Below, piece by piece: positions 14,231 to 27,891 of a stretch of 64,000 bases of DNA. Made by a program: the position numbers and the translations under genes. The notes under the pieces are model-generated. The model searched no databases. It worked only from the letters and a program-made list of their open reading frames with translations, and was not told where the DNA came from. Each line of letters starts with the position of its first letter. Position 1 is the first letter of the stretch. The DNA is from the human T2T-CHM13v2.0 reference genome, Homo sapiens: assembly GCF_009914755.1 (NCBI RefSeq), contig NC_060930.1; one strand, given 5' to 3'.

Positions 14231-15215
14231 CATCATTTAGTTTTATACAAGTATAACATCTAGTTAGAGATAATTCACTTTTGATTATTCCAGCCCTATT
14301 TGCCTTTAACTTTAATAGCATCAACACCCAAGAGTTATTCATTGGCAGATTAACATTTTTAAGGTTTGTGGCCTCTAAATGACAGAATGAAAAAAAATCA
14401 TTGTACAAATGTGAAGGAGCAAATATTCATCAACTGCAGGGAAAAATATTTTGATTAAAGATTTGAAAGTAGATTACTAGGGTTAGTTAAAATTGCTAGA
14501 GTTCAACTGCTATTGGGACTTTGTTCAAGAGAATGAGGAATATATGCTAGTAATAGAACAAGGAAAATAAGGTGGCTATGAAAATATACAGATGCAGGAA
14601 ATCTTAGAATATGCATTTATTTTTAAAAAAGTGAGTATTTAACTATTTAGTATGTCACTGGGAAAATTTATGCAGTGACTGAGAAGCAGACTAGGTGCTT
14701 TGACCGATACATTTTACCTTCAATTTATGTCCTGTTGTGCATGTGTGGCAATCATCAAGTTATCATTTTATTGCTTTCATCCAAAGGTCATTAAAAGATC
14801 TATGGAGCAAAGGATAAATAGAGTATGATGTTTAGAATGGATTATAGGGACAAAAACAGAACAATATGACTTTCTGTATGTAAAACAAACTTGCATTTTG
14901 GAATAGAATTTAGAATAGAAATGATCAAACCTCTGCCATTATTATTATCTATAATTATTAAATAAACTTTGGCTCTAGATTTTTGAAGCACCCAAGAAAT
15001 AGAGACATTCTGAGTCATAAGCAGAGCTCTGCTACAGATTAATTTACTTGTTTCTTTAGGTGTTTTAAATGATGTTTCTATTAAAAAGTCTGTATGTGAA
15101 TTCTGGCTTCATTCTGGATGCATGGAGTGGATTAGTAAGTAATGAAAAAGGATTTTCAAAGTAAGTTGTGCAAGATGATCTCTTGTCATTCAGAAAGATA
15201 CTATTAAAACTTCCT

Positions 15216-15516
15216 ACATCGGGCATGGTGGGATCACGCCTGTAATCCCAGCACTTTGGGAGGCTGAGCAAGGAGGATCACCTGAGGTCAGGAGCTTGGG
15301 ACCACCCTGGCCAACATGGCAAAGCCCCAACTCTACTAAAAATAAAAAAAATTAGTTGGGTGTGGTGGTGCATGCCTGTAATCCCAGCTACTCAGGAGGC
15401 TGAGGCAGAGAATCTCTTGAACCTGGTAGGCAGAGGCTGCAGTGAGCTGAGGTCATGCCATTGCACTCCAGCCTGGGTGACAGAGTGAGACTCCGTCTCA
15501 GAAATAAATAAATATA
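15216..15516 (+). mobile_element. AluSx-like
   Basis: GATCACCTGAGGTCAGGAG; TSD TAAAACTTCCT 15205-15215 / 15517-15527. Confidence 0.93.
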
Positions 15517-16021
15517 TAAAACTTCCTTAAAAATTATTTTGACCTCATTTAAAACTTCTTTTTTTTGGTGTGTGGATGAATTTAAAAAAATTTCTATATC
15601 AGTACAGTAAAACACATATTTACTTTTAAATAAATAAGAATATTACAAAACTTTTTACAGATAAGACTGTCTTAAGTTTAGGTCCATTGAGATCCAAGGC
15701 TTGGAACTTTTGCATTCAATTAGGCATTGACATTTTTCAAAAAGCAGATTTATTGAGGTATAATTTACATACCATAAAATTCACCCTGTGTAACCAATGA
15801 AATAATTTTTAGTAAATTTTTAAAATTTGCAACCATCACAGTATACCAGCTTTAGAATATTTCCATCACCCTAAACATTTCTTTAAAGCTCATCTTCAGT
15901 AAATTCCTATTCCTTCTGACTTCTGTCTCTATAAATTTTCCTTTTTTTGGACATTTTATATAAATGGCTATACAATATGTAGTCTTTTGTGTGTAACTTC
16001 CTTCATTCAGCATAATGCTTT

Positions 16022-16508
16022 TTTAAATTTTAAACACTTTTTTCTTTGTTATATTTTAATAGTTTTTGGGAAACAGGTATTTTTTGGTTACATGGATAAG
16101 TTCTTTAGTGGTGATTTCTTAGATTTCGGTGCATCCGTCACCCAAGCAGTATATTTTGTACTCAAAATTTTGTGCTGTACTCAATGTATAGTCTTATCCC
16201 TCACCCTCTCCCACCCTTCTCCCAAGTCGCCAAAGTCCATGATATCATTCTTATACCTTTGTGTATTCATAGCTTAGCTGCCACTTATAACTGAGAATAT
16301 ATGATATTTAGTTTTCTATTCCTAAGTTAATTCACTTAGAATGATGGTCCCCAACTCCATGTAGGTTGCTGCAAATGCCATTATTTCCTTCCATTTCATA
16401 GCTGACTGGTATTCCATGGTGTATATATTTTCTTTTTCCACTGTTTGGTTGATGGGCATTTAGGTTGGTTCCATATTTTTGCAATTGTGAATTGTGCTGC
16501 TATAAACA
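16022..16508 (-). mobile_element. L1PB-type 3' end nested in L1MB
   Basis: GGTTACATGGATAAGTTCTTTAGTGGTGATTTC...CCCAAGTCGCCAAAGTCCAT typical of L1PB1 3'UTR. Confidence 0.8.
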
Positions 16509-16689
16509 CCACTTAGTGTAATGTTTTTGAGGTTTACTCACATAGTAGTATGTAACCATAGTTCATTCCCTTTTTTGCTTAATAGTGTTCCATTTTATGG
16601 ATACACCATATTTAATTTATCTACTCATTATTTAATGGATGTTTGGATTGTTTCCAGTTTGTGGTTACAATATAATGTTGATATGAATA

Positions 16690-17145
16690 TAATAGTCCTC
16701 CCTTATCTGCAGGGAATATATTACAAGACTTAAGTGGATGCCTGAAACTGCAGATAGTGTCAAACCCTATATATACAAGTTGAGTATCTTTTATCTGAAA
16801 TGCTTGGGACCCATGCTTCGGATTTGGAATTTTTTTAAAAATTTTGGAATATTGTATTATACTTACTGTCTGAACATCCCAGATCCAAACATTCAAAATC
16901 TGAAATGCCCCAATAAGCATTTCCTTTGAGTATCATTTCAGTGTTCAAAAAGTTTCAAATTTTGGAACATTTCAGATGTTGGATTTACAGATTTGGAATG
17001 CACAACCTCTTGTATATATTTTCCAATATGTACATAACTATCATAAAGTTTAATTTATAAATTAGGCATGTTAAGAGATTAACAACAATAACTAGTAATA
17101 AAATAGAACAATTATTAAAATATACTGTAATGTATGTGAATGTGA
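16690..17145 (-). mobile_element. MER44/Tigger7 (TcMar-Tigger) fragment
   Basis: TAGTCCTCCCTTATCTGC...AGTGGATGCCTGAAACTGCAGATAGT...AAACCCTATATATA and AAAGTTTAATTTATAAATTAGGCA. Confidence 0.8.
16776..17012 (+). mobile_element. Tigger4a (Zombi/MER46) MITE nested at a TA in MER44
   Basis: CAAGTTGAGTATC...ATGCTTGGGAC...AAGCATTTCCTTTGAG...ATGCACAACCT. Confidence 0.85.
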
Positions 17146-20100
17146 TGAACAATGATGATGAGCATTTTTTCATATGTCCCTTGGCCATTTGTGTATTTTC
17201 TTTTGAGAAATATCTGTTCAGATCTTTTGCATATTTAAAATCTGGTTATTTGATTTTTTTTTAATTGGGTTGTTTGAGTTGTTATATGTTTTGGATATTT
17301 AGCCCTTACTGGATACACAGCTTGCAAATATTTTCTCCCATTCTGTGGGTTGTCTCTTCACAGCTTTGATTATTTCCTTTAATCTGCAGAAGCTTTTTAG
17401 TTTGATGTAATCTTACTTGTCAGTTTTTGCTTTTGTTGCCTATGTTTTTGGGGTCATAGAAAAAAATTGTTCAGACCAGTGTTGTGGAGTTTTCCTACTA
17501 TGTTTTCTTCTAGTATTTAGAGTTGATTTTTGTAGATGATTGAGATAGGGTCTAACTTTATTCTTCTGCATGTGAATATTCTCTTTTCCCACCACCACTT
17601 ATGAGACATTATCCTCTTCCCATTGTATGTTCGTGGCATCTTTGTAAAAAATCAATTGAATATAAATACACGGACTTATTTCTGGGTTCTCTGTCCTGTT
17701 TCATTAGTCTATGTGTCTTTTTTATTTATGTACCATGATGTTTTGATTACAGAAGTTTTGTAGTATATTTCTTATCAGAGAGTGTGATGCTTCTAGCTTT
17801 ATTCTTTTTGTTCACTATTGCTTTGGCTATTCAGTGTCTTTTGTGGTTCCATACAACTTTTAAAATTGCTTTTCTATTTCTGTGAAAAACGTATTGGAGT
17901 TTTGTTAGGGATTGCATTGAAGCTGTAGATTGCTTTGGGTAGCTGGGACATTTAAAAAATATTAAATCTCCCAATCCATAAATACAAGATGTCTTTCCAT
18001 TTATTTGTGCTTTCTTCAATTTATTTCATCATTGTTTTCTAATTTTAAATGTAAAGATCTTTCACTTTCTTGGTTAGATTTATTCCTAAGTATTTTAATT
18101 TTCTTAGCTATTGTAAATGGGATTGTTTCTTGATTTCTTTTTCATATAGTTTGTTGTTATTGTATAGAAATGCTTTATGTTCTTTTTGTTCATTTTGTGA
18201 AACTTTACTGATTTCAGTAAAGTTGTAGGATAATAAAGTTAACTTTACTAATAAAGTAAAGTTTATTAGTTCTAACAGTTTTTTTGGCAGAGTCTTTATG
18301 GTGAAGTCTTTAAGATCATATGGTCTGCAGACAGACACAGTTTAACTTCTTCCTTTCCAATTTCGATACCTTTTATGTCTTTCTCTTGTCTAATTGCTCT
18401 GGCTAGGACTTCCAGTACTATGGTGAATAGATGTGGTGTGAACTGGCATTCTTATCTTGTTCCTGATCTTAGAGGAAAAGCTTTCAAGTTTACACTGTTA
18501 AGTATGTTGTTCTCTGTGGGTTTGTTATGTATGGTCTCTATTGTGATGAAGTATGTTCCTTCTTATATCCAATTTTCTGATAGTTTTTATTATGAAAGTA
18601 GGTTGAATTATGTCATAATTTTTCTGCATCTATTGAGATGAACATATGGTTTTTGTCCTTCATTCTGTTAATGTGGTGTAACATATTTATTGATATGATT
18701 TTGTTGAATCATCCTTACATGTCAGGGATAAATCCCATTTAATTATGGTGAGTGATCCTTTTAATGTGCTGCTAAATTCAGTTTCTAGTATTTTGTTGAA
18801 GATTTTTGCATCTATGTTCATAAGGAATATTTGTCTGTAATTTTCTTTTTTTCAGTATCTGGGTAATGCTTGCTTCGTAAAAGGAGTTTGGAAATATTCT
18901 CTCTTCTTCAATTTTTGAATTTAAGAAGAATTTGCACTGCTGCTTCTTTAACTGTTTGGTAGAACTCAGCAGTGAAACTTTTTAAAAGAAACTGATTTGG
19001 TCTCTTTAATTGCCCTAGGTCTGTTCAGGTTTTCTATTTCTTAGTGATTTAGAGTGACATGTTGTATGTTTCTATGAATTTATCTGTTTCTTCTAGGGTA
19101 CTCAATTTCTTGGCATGTAATTGTTCATAGTAGACTCTTATGATCCTGCATCAATTGTATTGTCTCCTCTTCCACTTCTGATTTTTTTATTTGAGTCTTC
19201 TCTTTTTTTTATTAGTATAGCTTAAGTTTTGTTGATTTCAGTTATGTTTTCAAAAAATGAACTCAGTTTCATTAAACTTTTCTATTGTTTCTCATATCTC
19301 TATTTCATTTATTTCAGCTCTGATCTTTATTATCTTCTGAATGATATCTTGATTATCTCTACGTTTTGTCAGTTATGAACATCCATCTGCAGGTTTTCAT
19401 GTGAACATAAAGATTTCAGTTTTTTTGAGTATAGACCAAGGAGTTTGATTGCTGGGTCTTATGATAAATGTATGTTTAGTTTTGTAAGAAACTGCCAAAC
19501 TGTCTTCCAAAGGGCTGTGCCATTTTGCGTTCCCACCAGCAATTAATAAAATTCCTGTTGCTCCACATTCTGACTAGCATTTGGTGTGTTAGTGTCTGGA
19601 TTTTAGCCATTTTAATAGGTATGCAGTGGTATCTCATTGTTGTTTTAATTTGCATTTCCCTAATCACATGATATGAAGCAATTTTTTTTGTATTCTTATT
19701 TGCCAATTGTATATTTTCTTTGGTGGGGTGTCTGTTAAGATCTTTGTCCTACATTTAAAAATCAGTTTTTTATTTTCTTATTATTAAAGTTTAAGAGTTC
19801 CTTGTATATTTTGAATAATAGTCCTTTATCAGATATGTCTTTTTAAAATATTTTTTCTTGGTCTGTGGCTTGTTTTTTCTTTCTATTAACAATGTCTTTT
19901 GCAGAGCTGATGTTTTTACTTTTGATAAAGTACAGCTTATTAAGTCTTTCTTTCATGGGTTGTACCCTTGTGGTGTATCTACAAAATCATGACCAAATCC
20001 AAGGTCATTTAAATTTTCTCCCATGTTATCTTCTAGGGGTTTTATATAAAGTTTTGTATTTCACATTTAGATCTATGACCCATTTGGAATTAATTTTTGT

Positions 20101-21721
20101 GAAACGTGCAAGGTCTGTATCTAGTTTTTTTTTTTTTTTTTTTTTTTGCATGTTGATATCCAGTTGGTTCAGCACCATTTGTTGAAAAGACTGTCTTTGC
20201 TCCATTGTATTGCCTTGCTCATTTGTCAAAGATGAGTTGATTATTTTTTTGTGGGTCTTTTTCTGGGCTCTCTATTCTGTTCAATTGAACTATTTTGCCT
20301 GTTTTTTTAATACTACACTGTCTTCATTACTATAGTTTTGCAGTAGATATTGAAGTTAGGTAATGGCAATTCTCCAATTTTGTTCTTCTCCTTCAATATT
20401 GTGTTGGCTATTCTGAGGTTTTGCCTCTACACATAAACTTTAGTATCAATTTGTTGATATCCATAAAATAACTTGCTCAGATTTTGATTATGATTGCATT
20501 GCATCTACAGATCACGTTGGGAAAACTGACATCTTGACAAAATTGAGTCTTCCAATCCATGAATATTAGCAACTCTCCATTTATATAGTTTCTTTCATCA
20601 GTTTTGTAGTTTTTCTCATAAAAATCTTGCACATATTTTTGTTAGATTTATACTAAAATGTTTCAATTTTGGGGTGTTAATGAAAATGATATTCGGTTTT
20701 TAACTTCACATTCTATTTCTTTATTACTGGTATGTAAGCAAGTGATTGATTTTTGTATATTAACCTTGTATTCTACAACCTTGGTTTTAGCAGTTGTTTT
20801 TTGTTTACTCTTTCGGACTTTCTACATGCTTTATGATTTGAAATGTACAAATTTTGCACTTCTTTTCTTAAATTTATTTATTCATTTTTATGCTTGTGTA
20901 TGAAATTGTTTCCTGAATTTATTTTTGGGTTCCTCATTGTTAGTATATATAAATAAAATTAATTTTTTGAATTTGTGACCCATGACCTTGCTGAAGTTAT
21001 TTGTTAGTTTTTTGTCCTTAAAATTTTTTATATACAAGATTATTTCATCTGTCTTCAAAAACAGTTTTACTTCTTCCTTTTCAATTTATGTGCCTTCTAC
21101 TTCTCTCTTTCCCCTTCTCACTCTCATGTTTGCTTTATTGTACTGGCTGGTACCTCAAATAAATAAAATGTTGAATGGCATTGGTGAGTTTGAGTACCTT
21201 GCCTTCTTCCCAACCTCAATGGGAAAGTATTTACTCTTGCATCATTAAGAATGATGTTAGCTGTAGGCTTTTTATAGTTGCTGTTTATCGGTTTGAGAAA
21301 ATTCTCTTGTATTTCTGATTTATTGAATATTTTTCATTATGAATGGTTGTTGGAATTTGCTAAGAACTTTTCTGCATCAATCAATATAATTTTTGTCCTT
21401 TATTCTACTAACATGGCGTGTTACTTTAAGCAGTTTTCATATATTAAACCAATTTTGCATTCCTGTTATAAATCCAATTTAGTCATAAGTATAATCAAAA
21501 GTAAAATTTTTTGTATGTTGCTAGATTCACTTTGCTAATATTTTGTTGGGATTTTTGCTTCTAAGTTCATGAGGGATAATGGTTTGTAATTTTCTTTTCT
21601 TGTAATGTCTTTGTCTGATTTTGATAATAGGATAGTTTGGGAAGTATTCTCTTTCTGAAAGTTTGTGAAGGATTAGTATTATTTATATATTAATTATGTT
21701 AGAATTAATCGTTTTTATTTT

Positions 21722-22280
21722 TAAAAAGTAAATCAGATCATATTAATCATTTGCTTAAATTCCAATTATGCCTCCACGTTAAATTTTGCATAGAATCCAG
21801 TTTCCTTACCAAGGCCTACAAGGCCCAGTGTATAAAGAGCCTTTCTATATCTGACATTGTTTTCTATTAATTTCTTACTTGCCCACTATGCTCTAACTAC
21901 ACAGGCCTTTTTATGTACCTCGAACACTCTAATCTTAGGGCCTTTTTACTTGATTCTTTCTATTACTGGCTCTTTCTCATCAATTATATCTTAGCTCAAA
22001 TGTAATTGATAGAGTTATTCCCAGTTTACTCACCTTCATTTCTGCCCCAATGACTTTTTACCCCCTTATTATGTTTTATTTTTTTCCAGAACTGTTCAGT
22101 ATTTGACATTCTTATTTATTTGTATATTTAGCATTTATTATCTGTCTCTTCTCCCTTAAACATAAGCTCAGTGAAGGCAGCTATCTGGCCTTTCTCATTT
22201 GTTGCTATATCCCTTGTACCTAGAACAGTGTCTGGTCCTTAGTAAAACCTCAATCATTATTTGCATAATAAGTGAATGAA
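21722..22280 (+). mobile_element. L2a 3' end
   Basis: AAATCAGATCAT...CCTTACCAAGGCCTACAAGGCCC...CCTAGAACAGTGTCTGG...GAATGAA. Confidence 0.85.
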
Positions 22281-22380
22281 ATGAGTTATCCACGGTCTTG
22301 CTTGGGTTTTGGAAAGATAATTAGATAATGTGATCCTTCCCAAGAGTTCTTAATCAGAAACCTTAAAAATAGAAAAAATA

Positions 22381-22777
<397 letters not shown>

Positions 22778-24363
22778 TCAGTGTTGTCAAGACCGTATTG
22801 GTCATATGGACAGTAAGAAATTAAAGAAGTGGTTGGGATCTTTAGGCTCAATTACTTCCTCCGATAATTAAAATGATTAAACAAATATTTCCCTTTGCTC
22901 ATTTTACTGATCCAAACAGATCATTCCATAACATCCTGGTGTGATCTGTGGTATCCTTAAGGACCTTGAAGCTCCATTATCTTCCTCATTTTCTTCATTC
23001 ATTTAAAATAAAAGTCAGCCTCTAGTGGACGATACAAGACAATTTCCACCTTCTTAATAAAAAGATCCCCCGGAAGTTTTTGGCTTACTTATTATTTTAA
23101 ACTTCTATGCATATAAGTCAGATCACGTAATATCCACATATAGTATTTCAGTTAGAAATTTGGTTTTTTGTTTCTATTTAAAATCTCATTTTTTAAAGCA
23201 TTAACTGATAAAGTTGCTTTTTTTCCATTCATACATCATGGAATTATTGTATTCAGATTTACTTCAGTTATTTACCTCTTCTATGTCTGTATCAACACTT
23301 TAACCTATTTTTTTTTGTCATCGAATACCATTTTCCATTCAACGATTTCCAAAGTAGCTTATTTTTAAAGTTGTTTGAGATACAGCGATCTTGGAATCAG
23401 CATATGATACTGTCTCTAAAAATGTTATTCCAAGCTACAGGTAAATATTTATAAAATATTTTAACATTTTATAAACATTATAAAAGTTTTTATTTTTATT
23501 CACCCTATTTATTATATACTTATCAATACACCACTTTGTATATGTAAGTGTTGCATTTTTTTTTGTAACATGGTCTTTAAAAAACTTGTTTCTGTTTGAA
23601 TTGTAAGCTCTTATTCCAGATAGAAGTACTGAATCCACATTTAATATTTTATTTTTTTGTCTTTTTTCTTTTTTGTTGCTTTTTAAATATCAATCTCATG
23701 ATTTAAGCATCGCAAATTAGCATTGATTACAGACTAATGTGTCTTCTCCAAACTACACTTAGTTGCTTAAAATAAATATTGAATTCCATTTAATAAAAAT
23801 ATTTTAAAAGCCCTCTAATACAGTGCAACATTCTTTTTTTGTATGAGATCATTTTGGGGGAGAATTCATGCTTCCAGTTTGGCCAGATAGAGATTTTAAA
23901 GAATATATTCATGTCTTTTAATTTTCAGACTTCCAGGAATATAAATTTTTTTCCATTTGTTTAATGTAGATTTTTCTCTCCCATCTTTTAAAAATATTTG
24001 TGCAGAAGTGAGTATTTTATTTGATTACTTACTCTTCTACTAACTACCACCATAAAGAAATCCACCTAATTGATCCTACATGTTTGAAGTAACGTTGAAC
24101 ACTACATGCTTTGTGAGAATGTAACATCTATGAAAGTTCGTTTCTTTGAAAAATCAAACAAAAGCAGATGAATGACTTATTTACTTTAACTATATAGTAT
24201 CCTAGTATTTGACGTGTTAGGATTAATTTTGTATTTTTAGATGCATAACTCAAATTTTTATTAAAACAGGAAACTTTAATATCTTTATAATTATAAAATC
24301 TTATTGTTAACAAATCTGTTAGATGGGCAGGTAGTTCACAGGCAATACCTGTGCCAGATATTA

Positions 24364-24575
24364 TAGTATAGTAGTTAAAGGTATGATTTGGAGCAAGGCA
24401 TCCTCAGTTTAAATCTTGATCTTTCTTTTATAGCCATGTGATTTTTAGGAAAGTTGCTTAGCCTCTGTGTGCCTCCATAGCCTCCTATATAAATTGAGAA
24501 TGACGGAAAGATTAAGTAATTTGACAAGCATAAAGAAAATGTGTGGTGCATAATAAATATTAAATAAGTATTTGA
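24364..24575 (+). mobile_element. MIR
   Basis: TAGTATAGTAGTTAAAG...GGAAAGTTGCTTAGCCTCTGTGTGCCTC. Confidence 0.7.
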
Positions 24576-24636
24576 CATCTTAAATAAGTATCTGATATTA
24601 TTGTTATAATCAACAATAACAATAGAATGTCCAGTC

Positions 24637-24705
24637 AAGAACTTAGTCTTTTTAAAAATTTATTAGTTTTCTGTAAACACTGTGATGACTTAAGAACTTA
24701 GTCTT
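24637..24705 (-). pseudogene. 41-bp TSD-flanked retroposed 3'-end fragment (donor unknown)
   Basis: Perfect 14-bp direct repeat AAGAACTTAGTCTT (24637-24650, 24692-24705); insert carries AATAAA on the minus strand; TT|AAGA target. Confidence 0.5.
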
Positions 24706-24907
24706 AACACCAGCTCATCTAATTGTGATTCATTTTCTTTTTCCCTGTCAAACTGTTTTAATTTAAAATGCATTTATTTGTTAACTACCATTAGTTAACT
24801 ATTACTAGGTGGGATATATCTTCTGCCAATTAAAAACTTATTATTGACAGGTGTGTTTGACAAAAAATCCAATTAACTCTAAATAAGATGAAATATAATA
24901 GGAAAAA

Positions 24908-25085
24908 AGCTAGTGTTTATTGATCATGTACTTAGCATTGTTCTTCAAATTCCTTTTTCTTTATTTATTTAATTCCAAACTCTTCAAAATTGGCATTACA
25001 ATTCCAATTTTTACAGATAAAGAAACTGGAGTTCAAAAAGTTATGAAAATTGCTAAAAGCCACACTGGTGTAACTAGGATTTACA
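24908..25085 (-). mobile_element. MIR
   Basis: TTTTTACAGATAAAGAAACTGGAGTTCA...GCTAAAAGCCACAC. Confidence 0.7.
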
Positions 25086-26194
25086 ACTATTTGTAAATGA
25101 AGAGGGTAATTTTATTATGCAGAAAGAGGTTCAAATTCATCCTAGATGTTGAAGCTAAAGTTTCTGAAAATGCTGTTGCTTATGAAAGTGACAATTGGCT
25201 ATGTTTCACAGGCTTTGGGACAGTTTTTCTTGAGGCTGTATATTGGTTCAGGCCTACTCTTGTTCCTATTTCAGCTAGGGCATCTTTCTGAATTTTTCAA
25301 CTGGGGTATCTTGTCCTGCTTTTGACCACCTCTAGGAGGTTGCATATATTTGTTGTTAGGAATAACAAGGCACCTTATATTCCATGCCACCATCACTTCT
25401 TTATGATTCATTTGGACAGCTCTACCTACAGAAAAGCCTGGTTATCCTGAAAGTACATGCAATCCCAAAGATAGAACTTTAAAGAGAATAGATATGTGAA
25501 TAATACATTGCAAATGAAGGTCAACTCCTAAATATCCAAATAGATTTTAATTCTGCTCAAGACAGATCAATAAAGCCAAATTTGATGATTTCAGGTATAG
25601 CTGATTTAGAGCTATTACCTTAAAACCAACTTGCTATTTCCTGTACCAATGAAAGATTGCATGACTTTTACAGTAAATGTTACTTAAAGAAAAAATTGCC
25701 CTTATAGTTCTTGGCCAAATATCTGGGGTCAGATGGAAAACCTTTGGAAGCTTAGCAATTTTGGCAGTTCCCCAGAGTTTAGTAGTATTAATGTTTTAGT
25801 TTCCTAATAACATTTTAAATTTCTTTAAATTCTCAAATAGATTATGTCATTTGAAAATATAGAATAATGTCAAAAAAGGAATATAATAACCTTGAGATTT
25901 TTAAATATTGATTTTGGAAGCTCTTCACACTTATATAATTTAATATAGTAATTGGTTGATTTGGGTTTTCTTTCCATTGTATTTAAATTCTTACAGGAAT
26001 ATTTTAACATAATAGGTTGCCAGCAGGAGCTTAAGTAGTAAAAATAAAGAATGGATGCCATTATAATAATTTTTGAGAAAATTTTCTCTATTTCTGTACT
26101 CAATAACTATTTATTTGTGCATTTATAGTTATATTCATCCCTGTGTCTTTACCTAGATTTGTTTACGGACTTCATACTCAAGTATAACTGGCTG

Positions 26195-26520
26195 CTGATA
26201 CATTTTCACGGAAAGATCACCCTTGAGGCACTTCAAGCCCAACAGCTCCAAAATCAAATTTGTTATTTTTATACTTCGATTTTTCTTCCAAGTTCCTTAA
26301 TTTGGTCAATGGTATCACCATCCATTATTTATTCAAACAAGAAACCTTTTAGTTATATTTAAATTTTCTTTTTCACCTTCCATATCCAATTAGTTACCAA
26401 TTTTGATCCTGCTCTTTAATTTCTGAAATAATCTTTTTTTTTTTTTGCCATCTCCTTGTAACTGTTACTATAGCTTTCAAATTGGTCTCCTAGCCTATTC
26501 TCATTCCAAACTCACCCACT
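26195..26520 (+). mobile_element. L2 fragment
   Basis: GGCACTTCAAGCCCAACAGCTCCAAAATCAAAT...CATATCCAATTAGTTACCAA. Confidence 0.65.
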
Positions 26521-26534
26521 GAACCTGTCTTCTA

Positions 26535-27230
26535 TTCTATCTTAGCCTAGGTCTTCCCCCAGAACAGATCCTGAGACAGGGCTCTCATGCTGGTTGCTTA
26601 CTTTGGGAGGTGATCCTAAGGAACAAGAATGAGCTGCTGAGAAAAGTGAAACAAGCAAGGAGAGAGCAATGATCTGGATGCCTTATCAAGCTGGGTCCAC
26701 CGGGGCAATTAGCACCCTGTCTTACTAAAGACTCCTGATGAGCTCTGTAGAATCTACCTCAGAATTGTACATCCGGGGGATGAAAACAGGGAGCATTTAT
26801 CTACTAGCTTCCATTCTCCACTGTTCTAGAGTTTCTTAAAGGTGTTAACTCACATATTTTCAGGTTTAGTTGAACAGATGCCCACATGGGATTACACCAG
26901 AGAAATTCAACTGCAGAAAGCAAGATAGCAGGGCTAACTGCATGGGTGTTGATCTATGCCCTCACAGGCACCCACACTTTGAAGGTCCTAATGCTTGTTG
27001 CTCTTACTGTTTCAAAATTCATAATTATTTATGAACAAAAGAACTTGTGTTTTAATTTTCCACTGGACCCCTGCAAATTATGTAGCTGGCTTTGCCGGAG
27101 GCACAGAGTGGCCCTGAGGTGAGGGGCTTCCTGAAAGCAGTTGTCTCCCATATCAAAAGTTGCAGTAAAACAGTGAGCCAAGATAATGTGAAGTAAGACT
27201 TAAGAGGTATCCAGGACACATCCTGTGTCT
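26535..27230 (-). mobile_element. ERVL solo LTR (LTR33-like) split by MER91A
   Basis: CAGATCCTGAGACAGGG...TTTGGGAGGTGATCCTAAGGAA...GTAGAATCTACCTCAGAATTGT. Confidence 0.65.
26929..27094 (+). mobile_element. MER91A (hAT-Tip100) MITE
   Basis: CAGGGCTAACTGCATGGG ... CACTGGACCCCTGCAAATTATGTAGCTGGCTTTG. Confidence 0.75.
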
Positions 27231-27891
27231 TGCATCTATATCTGCGTGTCTGTGTTTCAAGACATGTGAGTCTGGGGCCTCTCTGCTTAGGGCAGTCCTT
27301 GAGGGCAACCATGTAGGCCATGATTCAGGCCTGGTGTGCTGGTTCCTCAGATTAAATGTGAGCGTGAGGTTATAAGCATTTCTGAATAAGCCTTCTCCTG
27401 TCTTCTCTGCACCTCCCTCCACCCCCAATTTTGAATTGAGGGGCTTATCCCTAAAATCAGCTGGGAAGATACTCCACCAACGTGGGGGAAGCACATATGG
27501 ACGGGTAGGCCAGGAAGAACACCACTTTTGTTTGCCTGTTTCTTTTCTTAATGTGGTGATTGCTGTTCCAACCCAGAGCTTCGAGGAAGGAAGGGAAGCA
27601 CATCCACAAAAAATGATTTAAGTAATTTACCGATATGTATGTCTTTTCTATAACATGTTTTTGCTATCTCTTATGTACCACTAAGGAATCTAAAGAAAAA
27701 GGTACAATTTGGGTGTATAATCTGAAATGCGCTATATTCAACATGCTATTATATTTTTACTGGACAAATACTTTTGTCAGCTTTTAAATATCAAGGATCT
27801 GGGAGTGTTCTGATTGGTTCTAAGGTAAACTTTTGTTTTTGAGAAACAACAGAAGAAAAGGCTAGAAGCACAAAGTGAAAAGAATACATTT

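Larger units (their letters stand above)
15740..21710 (-). mobile_element. Cluster of several antisense L1M elements (L1MB-type 3' end plus overlapping ORF2 remnants)
   Basis: TTTATTGAGGTATAATTTACATACCATAAAATTCAC 3' end; ORF2-like peptides ([33 protein letters not shown]); the same ORF2 region recurs more than once. Confidence 0.88.

Noticed and set aside
23014-23031. CCACTAGAGGC CTCF-like motif on the minus strand
   Set aside because: Lacks the GGC-RS 3' part of the core; too weak.
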